DNA of 64,000 nucleotides from Eledone cirrhosa (taxonomy: Eukaryota), in contig OZ024742.1 of the NCBI GenBank assembly GCA_964016885.1, positions 150,784,001 to 150,848,000 of the forward strand. The letters are read 5' to 3'. The notes beneath the pieces are model-generated. The model ran no database searches and was not told the origin of the DNA. It saw only the letters and a program-made list of their open reading frames with translations. The stretch's first letter is position 1. Every line of letters starts with the position of its first letter. A program made the position numbers and the translations under genes. Positions 13,110 to 26,900 of this stretch are shown here, piece by piece.

Positions 13110-13548
13110 TGCGCTTTAGTGCTATATGTTCCCTCCATATACTTGCGTGAACTGGTGTCCAAGATATTTAATAATAAGCGAGTGATTGTTTAGCTGGACC
13201 ACAGATAGAAGTGTGTGTATGTGTGTGTGTCTGAGAGTGTTTTCATGTGTATGTGTGAGAGAGAGAGAGAGCGTGCTTTAGTGCTATATGTTCCCTACAT
13301 ATAGCACTAAAGCAGTTCACTAAAGTGAACTGGTGTGTCCACGATATTTAATAACAAGCGAGAGTGATTGTTTAGCTGGACCACAGATAGAAGTGTGTGT
13401 ATGTGTGTGTGAAAGTGTTTGCATGTGTATGTGTGAGAGAGCGTGCTTTAGTGCTATATGTTCCCTACATATATTTGCGTGAACTGGTGTGTTCACGATA
13501 TTTAATAACAAGTGGTGTGGTAGTGATTATCTAGCTGGACCACAGATA
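13110..13548 (-). repeat. Three ~170-180-bp tandem copies spanning the PEX16 stop codon and proximal 3' UTR
   Basis: TAGCTGGACCACAGATA at ~13191, ~13373 and 13532; GCTTTAGTGCTATATGTTCCCT and GATATTTAATAA in each copy. Confidence 0.9.
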
Positions 13549-13592
13549 AAAGTAAACTTTTTGCCAGTATGGAATGTATGAAATCAGAGGAT
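13531..13592 (-). CDS. PEX16: PEX16 terminal coding exon 10 ([19 protein letters not shown])
   Basis: ttttcag acceptor; TAG at 13531-13533; PL..Y.P.WQK.YFY.W motif. Confidence 0.96.
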
Positions 13593-16500
13593 CTGAAAAT
13601 AATAAAAAAAATATATATATATATAAATACATCATCAACTACAGAAAAAAAAAAAAAAAAAAAAAAAATCAAACATTAAATGATCGTCACATTCTATAAC
13701 AAAACATATCCTTTATTTTTTTTTTCCTCTTTTACGTCCGCTTTTCCCTGCTTGCAAGGGTGGGACGGGAACTGATTCTGGCTTGATTTCTACAACTGGA
13801 TGCCCTTCCTAACACCAACCTCATTTACAGTGAGTGCTGAGTGCTTTTTTTCCGTGGCGCCTACACGTCCACTTTACAGTGTGGGCTGGGTGCTTTTTTG
13901 CCGTGGCACCTCCATGACCACTTTGCAGTGGAATGATAGGGACCCCAGTCCCTATCATCTCATTTCTACAGCTGGGTAAACTGGAGCAATGTGAAATAAA
14001 GTGTCTTGCTCAAGGAAACAACACATCACCCGGTCTGAGAATTGAACTCACAACCTTTCGGTTGCAAGGCCTATGCTCTAACCACTAAGCCATGTGCCTC
14101 CTTTATTGTAAATATTTTATTACATGTGTGAATTATAACTTTGACCTATACAGTCAAATACCTGTATATGTATATAATAAGCATATACATATACTGCTCT
14201 TGACCACTACTCTCGAAATGGTTATTAGTGTCTCTACTGAGGAACCTTTAGGTGACTCTGATTATGTGATGATCATTGCCAATCTGTCTCTTATGGGCAG
14301 TAACAAAAACTACAACCATCTCCCAAACTGCTCAATTTGACGGGAATAAAGCAGACTGGAACTCTTACTGCACTGAGCTACAACGCCCAAACTGGCTTGA
14401 ATTTTATGAATCTGGAGATGAGAATACTATACTTCAGAACATCCTGAATTCAATATGTACAGTATGTGCAGCATCAGTATCACGTAAGCACAAAAAACAT
14501 CCCAAAAGTATAATTTTGAAGATTCCAACAGTCCGACTTGCTAGGAAAGAATGTTGTGATGTTGAATGGAAATACAGACTACATAGAAAACAAGGTTAAT
14601 AGAAAACAAGTGCAATAGATCATCTAACCATCTCAAGCAGGTGGCAAAAAAAGGCAGTGTATGACAGCAAAGTGTTCTGGAAATATGTACATTCAAAGCA
14701 GAATACCTTAATCTACAGTTGGTCTTCTTCGCAATCCCCCACACAGGCCGGATTACTGATGATTCCAAAGAATGCACAGAACTTATTGCAGGCATTTTTA
14801 CAGTTGAAAATCAAAAGCTATCATATCTGGCAACTGACTTGGTAGATACTCACAAGATTATTAACCATCTTTCCAACAACAAAACTGAACACCTTTTTGA
14901 ATACCATATGTCTAACACTCATGGACATGCTTACAAAATCAGAAAACATGTTAAATATGTTAAAAATTAGCAATAAAAAGCTTACTTGTAAAATGATTCA
15001 ATCCAGGAACACAATCGCCAAAGACTTTCAATATAATTTTGATTTTAGCTCTAGAAATAGAAAAGAAAAAAGACAATTTTTTTTATTAAATCAATAACAT
15101 TGCAACAACACATATTAGAGATTAACAGCTTACATGTGAGTTTATGAAGAAAATAACATGTGAAACAAAAGCAAACATCGTCATATATGAATAATTGTGT
15201 AACCAGATTACACAATATCTCTGCATGTCTTAAGAGGCAACTAAAAGGGTTGGTATCAGAAAGAGCTGTAAAATATTGTCTCAAAACATTCTGTTCAACC
15301 CATGCCAAAATGGAAAAGTAGACATAAAAACAATGATGATGGTAATGATGTATGAGTGTAATAAATACCAGATCTTGAAATTGCAAAATATATTACATTG
15401 TCAAATGATGGATTTACATCATAAACACTGATACTGAGTATCACTTTCAGGCCATGCAGGAATCATAATTTTTTTATGGCTTAGTCAAAGGAGGGTTAGC
15501 AGCAACCAAGATTTTTGCAGGGCCTCTGAGGACTTGTGTGGGTGGGTTGGCAAATGAGGAAGAAACCATGATTCATGAGTTGTTGCTAACTACTACTTGG
15601 CTCTCTATATGTACTCCAGCTGGAGGTCAATGGCTGCAAAAAGCCTGCCAGAAAATCTAAGGCCATACTAATGGAGTTGTAGTTCCTGTCATATCTGGCA
15701 GCAAAATTATTTTTTTTTTTACTACCACAAATAATTGTTTCTACTTTTGGCACAAGGCCATTACTGGTACTTTATTTTATCGACCCTATAAGGATGAAAG
15801 GCAAAGTTAACCTTGGCGGGATTTGAACTGACCATAAAGGGCCGTAACTCTTTGCTGCAAAGCATGGCGTCCGACCCTCTACCGATACTGCCAAAATAAT
15901 ACACAAGGGTTCCCAAAGAAATTTTCACCTAGGGATCTCTTACAAGCTTAATCCACTCCTGGCTATTACCATCTTAGCTTTATTCAGATATAGTATATCT
16001 AGGAATTCATTATCCAATGTCTATTTCCTTTTTAATGGTGTGTTTTGAAAGAAATATTTAGCTGCTATTTTAAGCAGGTCAAATAACAGTGCAGTTGGAT
16101 TGATAAGAATGCCAGCACCTTATATTCAATAGTCCAGATAACTATTAGCTTAGAGCTCAAATTTCTCCGAGTTAACCTGAAGAGAAACACTAGCGTTACG
16201 GCTGGGTTAATGCTGAGAAAGTGGCGGGGGTTATAACAAGCTCCAAACCAGATTAATAATATAGCATTCTAGTAGCTTCCACTGACATTCTCCAAATATA
16301 TTATTTAACACAAATACAAAGCACAAGAACTGTGTATATAACTTAAAACTCTTTCACAAATTGAATTTAATGCAATACTCTATACATTGTATGGTATTTC
16401 CTAAAATGAGGAAGCAGAGAGGGTATTTATATTCAGACAAGAAGAAAAAAAGAAAAAAGAAAAAAAAAAGAAAGAAAGAAAGAAGAAGAAAAGGAAAAGG

Positions 16501-17895
16501 AAAGAAAGAAAAAGAAGAAAAAGCAGAAGAAGAAAGGAAAAGAAGAAACACTACTTACTCTGAAAATCTGTCATAGAATGGTGATCTTAACAAATAATAA
16601 AGCAGTGTGAAAGTTCTTCGTTTTAACTCAATTCGTTCATTTGGATTTAACTCTTTTAGATCACCCATAATATATAAACTGAAAAAATAACAGATATATA
16701 GATATATTAATAACTATAATTTCTAACATCTGGTACAAAGCCACACATTTTGGAAGAGGACAGTCAATTAAATCATCTCTATTATATAACTAATATTATT
16801 TCATTGATACTAGTGAAATGGATTACAACACAAAACATAAACATATGTAACAAAAGGCATTTTACTCTGTACTCCACATTTTCTGTCATGCCTTTGATGG
16901 ATCTGCATTGTTTCTGACTATGAGTGCCCCAGTTGATTAATTCAATGGAACTGTCTCATCATCATCATCACAACCATTTTGCACCCATTCTTCCATGCTA
17001 GCATGGGTTAGACGAGTTGCCCTGTTGTGGGCAATAGGTGACCATGTCTTGCCCATACAGAACTGCTTTTGGCTTGATTTCTACAGCTGGATGCCCTTCC
17101 TAACACCAACCTCATTTAGAGTGAGTACTGGGTCTTTTTACCATAGCGCCTACACGAGCACTTTACAGAGGGAGGAGGTGGGGGCATACTATCTATATGC
17201 TTTAGCTTCGGCTTGTACCTGTGGGAAGTCGGGTCTTCTGTATTACTGCGTAACGCAGTGAAATTAATATGTAAGTGGCTGTAAATACCACAGACATACT
17301 CCCTTAATGTAGTTCTCAGGAGATTCAGTGTAACACAATGTGTGACAATGTTGGTCTATTGAATTACGGATACAACTGAGTGGACAGGAGCAATGGGAAA
17401 TAAAGTGTCTTACTCAAGGACACAATGTGCTGCCCAGTCCAGGAATCAAACTCATAATCTTACGATCAAGAGCTGAACACTGTAACCACTAAGCCTTCGC
17501 ACATGCACTGCCCTAATAATAATAACTGTTGCTACTCACACGTGTATCTTTTGCCAACTCTGTCTACTTTCCATGTCTCTTATGTTAAAAACTCATGTGA
17601 GTGAGTTTTTGATTCACATGAGTGTATCACTACAATCACTTATCTTAAATAGATCAGCCAATGTAACTGATGTCCAACCACTTTTTCAATTCACTGTGCT
17701 CAACTTATCTCTTAAGTTAACATTGCACATCCAACCATACTTAACTCATTACTCCCAAATTGCTGTAGATGATATTACTTGTGTCTCATGGCCATAACAT
17801 ATAAGACTGCTTATACCTACCTCATATTATGACTGCCTTATATAGTGATCTATTCCTTCAAACCCTAGCTACTATACTATCACTACCTGGTCACC

Positions 17896-17953
<58 letters not shown>

Positions 17954-20900
17954 TATACTTATAAATGAGCCAAGTAATATGACAAAAAAAAAAACAAAAA
18001 AAACATTGATATTAGAATGGAGATTAAAGGTCAATATTTTGTAGATCTTCACTGACTTTAAATTCTATGTAAATGAGGGGCTAAAATATTTTTGCTTTGA
18101 AGGTCATTATATAAAATTTGATTTCCCTATTTTTTTTTTGTGTTTTGAATGAATATGGCCTCCTACAAAAACTATACTCTAAACAACTTTTAAAATATTA
18201 AAAGTTCATAAATATATTTTCTACTCATGAGAATTTCAAAACTGCACCATCTAAACATAATGTGTTGATGTGGTTTATACACAAGGTTTCGATTCTACAA
18301 TCATACATACATTATAGTTCTTAGTTTTAGAGAAAATCAGTATTAAATTTAACATTGAGTTACATTAAGAATGCAACACTGATACAATGCAACTCTTATG
18401 TTTAAGTCTGAAATCTTAATCTATACATACAACCATATGCCATAACTACTTCACTGTTCTGTCTGCTACTGGTATTATGTAACCCAGTACATCTTATCTC
18501 ATTGGTGGGTGGTTGGCTACTAAACCACTTCATTTTCTGGCCTCTAGCAGGATTTAAAATATAATTCATTAAAGAGCAAAACAACTTCTCACAGAGAAGG
18601 CAATAGCCAAGTATACCTTTGAAGATAAAGGTACCTCTAAATTATCTACATACTGAAACACAAATGAATCACTACAGCCTCCTTAAGTTATGGATTTTAG
18701 ATAGGATTAAAATTGAAAAAGCAAAAAATTTCAAAAATGTTAAGAAAAATAGAACTAACCTAACAATGTCCATTAAGCAAGAACTCATCCATGGTTTCCA
18801 TGATTTTTTGCCTTTCCAGCTTAATAGGATAACTAGAAATCAGTTAAGGAACAAAATCCAACATAAAAAGCCTAAAAAAAATTAAACATAAAATTCGGTA
18901 GTTATTAGATGTGTGTACCTTGTTGATCATAGTTGAAATAACTTTGACCAGAGCTCTGTTTTGGGAAATGGATTTTAATGAAAAAAAAAACAAAAAACTG
19001 ATATTCACAAAATAATATCAAATGGTGATGAAAATGTTGATGATGATGATGGTGATGATGGTGGTGATGGTGATGATGGTGGTGATGGTGATGGTGACGG
19101 TGGTGGTTGTGCTGGCAGTGGGTGATAGTAGTGGTAGCTTGTGGCAAAGGTGATGATGCGTATTATGCAGAAAAGATAAATAATAAATAAATATAATTAA
19201 TCTAAAAAAAATAAAATAAACAGCATTGATTTGTATTAGATGCAAAAATATTCATAAATTACTCATTTCAAACAGAACCATACTGACTCATATATATAGA
19301 AAGAGAATGATGCTGGAAACTGTGAGACATTTATAATTTTGCTAAAGTCAATGCTTGATGTAAATAAAGTGTAAGGCCCCCAACCCACTCATCACAAAAT
19401 CTGATGAGCAAGAGCATCCCTCTATTTTAAATCATTCACTGTAAGCAAATTAATAATAATCCATAAAGGCAGGAAGAATAGAAGAATTAGGATAGGGATG
19501 AAGGAACAACATCATGTAGCTAGGAGATAGGTTTGATGTGATATGTATGTAGCAAAGAAGAAGCTAAAAATAAGATGTTTGCCAATGTTCTGTGACGAGA
19601 GAATCAGTGGCATGAAGTATTCCAGATTGTAAAACTGTGTCAGTGCAAATCAAGGTCTCAATGGGAAAAGAGTCTACAGAATAATAGCAGTATACTGATA
19701 TAAAGAAGAATGAGACATGAAAATATTACTGTGAGAGATTGATGAATGAAGATAATGAATGGGAGAGAAAGAATCTTCTACCTTAACCCTTTAGCATTTA
19801 CATTACTCTATATTTGCTATGGTATTTTCATGGAAAAGGCTTTATTTCACACAATTATCTCACATAGTATCAAAACTATGAGATTTTGATAGTATTCATT
19901 TTGAGAACAATACCTTAACATAAGTATAAGCAGCTGGTTATGGCCAGTTTGAATAGAAAGAGGTGAGAGAATTCTGGCCAGATATGGCCGGTTTAAATGC
20001 TAAAAGGTTAAACAGACCCAATGGAGAGACCAGCTATTGAAGTTGACAGCTATATGTTCACAAGCACAATTAAGGACATGAAAGCAATTGAACTATCAAA
20101 GATAGTCACAGATGCTAAAAATATCAAGTGAAGTAGGACATATTCTAGCTATTTGAAATCAGGCAATACATGGAAGTGCCATCCCCAATGATTGGTGTAG
20201 TAGTTTCATTGTCAACTGCTACATGGACCAACGGTCATGCTTTAGAAAGAAGTAACTACAGAGGAAGAAAATTGAGTTCAGTGAGAAATTTAGAATGCAT
20301 TTAGGGGTCCTTAAGGGCTCAATTCTCAACCTCCTTTTATTTATTATAGTACTCCAAGTCATAGCAGAGGTTTAAAATAGCTGAATCTGTCAAAGAATTA
20401 CAGAAGATATTCTAAACATCTAGTATCAACCAGCCTCAAAGTAAAAACAAAAGTGCTAAGAAATATAAAAGTTGTAGCTAGCAAGAAAGCAGACAGGATT
20501 CTACTGTTATCAGGGAGGTAGTTATGGTCAATATGCAGAAAAGAAATGGGTAAGAACAGAGTCAAATCAAGTCCTTTTTAGACCCTAAGCACTACCACCA
20601 CCACCACATCTGAAAAAAATTGGGGTGGTAATAACAAATACATTTAATTTGAATAAAATGGTGCGCCTCTTCCCTTGATGCCTTAAGCATGTACATATTT
20701 TACTTAAGGTTAATCCAGGTCTGGATAGTCTGTACTGTATACCAAAAGTAAACTATGGGTGCACAGTATCAGAGGCAGAATGACATAGAAGAAAAACTTT
20801 GTATGTAACTAATACAGAGGAGTAGTTGGCAGTAAAATATACCCTGAAATAAATTCTTTCAAATGCTCAAAAGGCTCTCCAGATGTAGTTGATAGCTTCT

Positions 20901-23900
20901 GCTATATAGGTGACTTAATTAACAGAGCGAGTGACTGATCTGAAATCAAGAAGCCACTGTAAGCTCACATGCTAACATTTAAAACTAAAAACAAAAGGTC
21001 AACAATAAAGACAGGATGGCTGCAACTAAATTATTACTCAAACAAGAAAGTGACAATTTTAAAATCAGCAATGCACTCCTTATAAAAGATAACCATAAAA
21101 TTTGTTCAGCATGTTTCATCATCATCATCATTTTACATCTTATCCATGCTTGCATGGGTTAGATGAATTGCCATGTCCTGATGCTGGACAGGTCAAGCGA
21201 CAGTGTCTCACTCATATATTCCATTACAGCATGGCTTCAATGGCTGGATGCCCTTCCAACCACCAACCACTTCAGTTTGTATTGGGGACACTTTATTGTG
21301 GCAACATCACTACCACCTGACAATATGGACTGGATGTTTTTAATCATGCTACTAACACTACCACTTTATAGAGTGGGCTGGATGCATTTTAAAGTGGCAC
21401 CAGCACTACCACTTTATAGTGTGGGAGATGTTTGTGTTTCTTAATTCAATTCCATCTTCAAAATACAATAAAATGTCCTATGCTCGCTACCCCCATCCCA
21501 AACAACCTCTCAAAGATATAAAATATATGTGTGTAGACAGACATGACAATATACCACACATACACATATTTTTACAAGATTTTAATTCCTCATAAGTTAT
21601 TTAAATTCAATGCCAACTATTGCTAATATTATGATGGCTCTACACAGCTTATATTTTTCATTGCAATGAGACCAATTTTTTCTTTTATGTAAAGGTATCT
21701 TAAGAGAATAAAAGAAAAGAAAGGAAAATTATAAAATAAGAATATACAAAATGTGATGATGCCTATTTGATAAGAACCAAACTATACATCTATTTACTGA
21801 GCAAATCTTTGACATTACTCAATAGTGACACCATTTATTGTGATAGAAATAGTAAAAATAAAATGAAAACATTTCTCAAAAGGATACTATGTACTAATGG
21901 TCGTGATATGTGAACAAACTCAGCCAGCATCTGTATCCGCGTCAACTTTGAAGGTTTATACAAATACAGTTTCTTTTCAATGTCATCATTTTCCGGAAGG
22001 ACCCAAGTTCTAAACTTTTCAGGAGGTGCTACAAATTAAGATATTTTAGATATTTATGATATTTTAGATATTTATGAATATGAAATCTTTACTGACCCTC
22101 CCTCCTTACAATACATGTTATTGTTGTATATACCATAACCCATTAGATTATTGCAGGGGGTCTTCTTGTAGTGATTCAAAAGGGAGAAAAAAAGGATAAA
22201 CTGGAGTGAGTTTCCCTACAAGACTGCAAGCTAATGAAACCCTTATTAATTATACAGTACCTCAACATCAAAATTTGCAATTGTGGTCTGTATTTCTGCA
22301 AAATACTTATTCATAACTAAATGGACAAGGTTATTGAAAAATGTTTATTACAAGCACAAGACAGGTAACAAAACACTGGTCAAATGTGGCACATTGCTGG
22401 ATTTTAACCAGACATTTTGTTTTGAAACCAGTACAGTTTTTTTTAAAGAAATAAATACAGCAATACATATAAAGTGCATGTCTTACTGGTTAGGGTATTC
22501 AGCTCAGGATTGTAAGGTTGTGAATTTGATTCCCTAACTGGGTGGCACATTGTGTCCAAGATACTTTATTTTGTATTGCTCCAGTCCACCCAGCTGACAA
22601 TAATCAGCTATACCTGTAATTCAAGATATCAGCCTTGTCATAAATTGTTTCATGCTGTATCTCTCTCCCTGAGAACTACATTAAGAGTACATATTTCTGC
22701 GGAATACTCAGCTGCTTACATGATAATTTCATGAGTAGTTCTGTTGATATCAACTGCAGCATTCATCATCAAAAATGGTGGATATTCAACAGCACACATC
22801 AGCCATAATATATTTAGATCTCAAGTTTTGATATAATATCAATTTGAGTAATACAAGACAAACAATCAATCCCACTATAGCCATAACCAACAGCTATTTC
22901 AAGATCTGTAGTGCAGATGTTATAATAGAAAGGTTTTTCATATGTTATAGAATTTACTTTGGTGTTAATGAGTTAGTATCCACTGACCTTCATTCTTTCC
23001 TTTATTGTTAAAATAACACCAGTCATCATACTAGAGCACCCCAACACTACCAACACACATACCTCAAAATCTGACTGTGTATCCAAATAAAAAGAATCAC
23101 TATGTTACAATTTAATGTTAAACTCATCATCTGACAGTTATTTTCCCTGATAGCAAGGGTTAGAAATGTCGTCAGAGACCAGTCAGTACTCAAGCAAAGC
23201 CTCTGACATCCATGTGGGCCCCTGTGCTCTACCAAGTACATTTCATCATGGCACCAACACTAGGGATGTTGTCATATCTATGGCATAGCTGAAGAGTTTT
23301 CCTGATCCTTTGCTTGGCCAGGTTTCTATGGTTGGATGCCACAACATGCAGTTCAGCAAACTGAACTCGTTTATCAAACAGCCATGCCTGCATCTATGCA
23401 CAGCCATACCTGCACCTATGCACAGCCATACCGCACCTATGCACAGCTATGTCTGCGTCTACACACAATCATGCCAGTATCTATCAAAAGGGTTAACAAA
23501 ACAAGTAATTATTTTACTTTCATTAGATCTCAAAATGTAATTATCCAGTCTCTGCAATCTAATGGTTTTATTATACAAAATTCCAGTTTAAAATATTTCT
23601 TACCTGCCTGCAATGTTCTCATTTGTTTGCCAGAACGCTTCAGAAGAAAAGTGTCTTTACACTTGGCTTTGTCTGTCATCATGTTTTCAACCATTGACTA
23701 TTGAAAATAAAATTAATTCACCATTTGATTTTCATATATTGGTCCAGTTCAGAGGTTTTGGTAGAGGCTACTTTCATTGTGATTATCACATTGTAATAAG
23801 ATAAAACTGGAAGCTAATTCCAACAAATAATGGACTAACAAACTTAATATAATTTTTTATCAATTGAAGTTAAATTCATAATGAGAAGAAAAGTTATCAG

Positions 23901-26900
23901 CATTAATGAGAATTTTTGTGAAGGAAAACAAAGGAAGAAATTGAGAAATTTATACCGATAAAAAATTAAATGGACATATGCAGGAGGCAGTAGAGGCACA
24001 GAAAGACCAAAAAGGACTTGGATGGAGGATGTCCGTCAGGGTCAAGCTAGGCATAGCCTGGCCCAAGCGAGATCAGCAGACACAAACACATGGAGCAGGA
24101 TGCTAAGGAACGCTATCAGGAAGGACCCACCCCTACTTAGAGATTAATTGTGTTCTGCATAATCAAAAACTGGATAATGATGGATGATGATGATGACCTT
24201 CAGTCATGCTTTGGTCTTATTAGACCATCCAAACAAAATATAGTCAAAGATGTACTTATCTGATCATAGAACATCTGAAAGGATATAGTTTTATGTGATA
24301 GCTACATTACCAAACTGTGTGCTGGACTTCCATTGATTCCAACAATGAATGTCCCAGTTATTTGAACACCAAAACAGCCTGCTCATGAAATTAACATGCA
24401 TTCCATAGACATCTGAACCTTTAATGTAGTTCTCAGGGAGATTCAGCTGACACAATATGTGGCAAGGCTGGCCCTTTGAATTTGAATTACAGATACAACT
24501 CATTTTCTACCAGGACGCAGCATACAACCAGGAAATGAAATCACAACATTACAGTCTTGGGTTGAAGACTCTAACCACTAAGCCACACGCCTCCTCAACT
24601 CAGTACATGTACAGACTACAAGAAAAGTATGTGAAATACCTTGCATTCTACATAACATTTCTTAAGTAGTAAATGGAAGAAATATAATCGTGAGCTTAAC
24701 CTTTTTAGTAAGCGTATATGTAATTCTATTCAATCAAACAGTAATGCATTGTTACAAATTCTCATAAATCTAGTCAACTTCGGCACAGGAAAACGATTAT
24801 AAACAAGATAAATAACTAAAAGTATTCTTTAAAAAAAAAGGAATGTTTAAAAGGTTTATCTCTTATTTCATGTTTTCTAGAAGAATTTAAAAGCACCATT
24901 CAGCATCAAAAGGCACCCTCCACAGTTCACAGATTGTGAAAAATGGTATGGTTCATACGTTTTTTTTTTTATGTTTAGAAAGTTAGTTTTGAAAAACGTT
25001 TAAAAATTAAAAACTTAAGTGGCAGCTGTATGCATATCAGACCTGTCAACTCTCCCCGTCCGACGGGGAGATCTACTACCCACTTTGAGGTGGGTGAGAG
25101 ATGTCTTCTCTTGTGAAAATGGGTATAGCTTTCATTATGTAAAATCTCCCCATTTTGCCTCATTTTTTTCATGGTACCTCCCGTTTGGGTTTTTAGAAGT
25201 TGGCAGTATGCATATATTACAATCAAACCAGATCATTCTATCATACATCATGTTTTTAAGTGAACATTATACTTTATGAGCTTCTTGGGTACTTCCAAGT
25301 GGCACATATATTTTGTTGACAGCTCAAATAAAGTTTCTGAGAAGTAGACGACAAAGACGCTTGTACCTGCATCTTTGAAGATCTCTGAGTTACAGTCAAC
25401 CAGGCCTTAATATTGTTTGACAAGGCTGGTTCGACATTGCATTTAGAAGAAAAATATCATGTTTTTCTGATAAATAACTCAAGGTGTCTTGTAGTGTGAA
25501 AAGTGGAGGGTGTAGGGATACAATACAAAGAAATGTATATAGCAAATATTTTGTATTGTTAGCATATTCTGCTGAATGTGTAATATCAGCAGCCATGAAC
25601 AACAGAGCACAAATATGCCAGAAGAAAAACTGGATATCAGAGGAATCAACTATAGTATAAAAAAAAAAGTGAAGACTGATTCAACATATGATGCACATGA
25701 AGAATAACAACTGGATGAACAAACAACCAAGCCATGTCAGTGATAGGAGCCCATAGAAGAGTGAGATTTAAGAAAAGATGGGTGGAAATAGTGATTTCTT
25801 ATCTCAGGATGTGGGATTTCACAAGAGAGACGAAAATAAACTATGACAAGTGGTGAGATACAGTACTGGAATATACTTCTCAAACCATGCCAGTATACAA
25901 AAGCAGATGTAAAATAATAATTCTTTCTAACTTTGACACAGGGTCAGCAATCTGAGAGAAAATCGATTACCGTATAGGTCACACTTTTTAAACGATAAAT
26001 AAACATAAATTTTTGGGGTGTGACCTATCCGATCGACATCAAACTGACCAATGATTTTTCATAGACTTAATCAACGATGGGTATTTATAAAAATAACTTT
26101 AATATTTTTTATTATTTAACATAATAATTTCATATATCTACCTTCTTATACATATATTTCTTGATTTTAAATTTTCTACTAAAACTTCGTAGTGTTTACG
26201 TTTTTTTCTATCTGACCGAACCATCCGTCATTAAAATCCATAGAAATGCATACCCGGTATTTAAAATGTGATTTCATTGTCTTATAACGAATGCACAGTT
26301 ACAGATGAAGAAATGAAAAAACTATTTAATTAACAGGTGTAAAAGTAATAACTTTATGGATAAACACAAAAATTTAAACTTTAAAATGCAGATATAATCA
26401 GTACAAGGTTTTAGTCTTTCTCTACATTCCAGGCAAATATTTTCATTGAAATAAATGTATAAAACCTTTTCACCAGTCAAAATAATATTTGCAATGTACT
26501 CTTACACAATGTACGGTGTAAATTTATGTAACAGAGTGTAATATTTTCAATGGTGTCCGTCAGATCTTCGCTTTCACTTTCAAAGTAACTATCATCGTCA
26601 GAAATAAATACATCTGATTCATTTGAAGATAAATCACTAATATTATCTTGTGTTTCTTTCTCATTTCGAATGCCGTCGCATGTAAAACCTTCAAAGTCGG
26701 TATTCGCTACTTTGGGAAGCCATGTTGATACGCTAAAAATCTGTTATACTTTCAACGCGTGTTATTTCAAGTTGTTTCACTATATTAAGAGTTAATTTTC
26801 GCGCTTAAAGGAATTTAGCGTACAGATTGGTGTCCACCAGGGCTCTGTTCTTAGCCCTCTCCTGTTCATCATAGTCCTGCAGGCAATAACGGAGGAGTTT

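Larger units (their letters stand above)
18833..21887 (-). other. U12-type (minor spliceosome) GT-AG intron, PEX16 intron 6
   Basis: 5' splice site GTATCCTTT (21887-21879); branch site TTCCTTAAC (18851-18843), 11-12 nt upstream of the 3' splice site; no polypyrimidine tract. Confidence 0.95.

Noticed and set aside
10939-13162. HT/CV-repeat ORFs, including the 227-aa one
   Set aside because: Products of (CA)n-based repeats and antisense RTE sequence.
16354-16576. Lys/Arg-rich and Phe-rich ORFs
   Set aside because: Low-complexity purine tract in PEX16 intron 8; no domain signal.
18905-19245. Poly-His and Ile/Thr-rich ORFs
   Set aside because: They are translations of a (GAT/GGT)n microsatellite inside a PEX16 intron.
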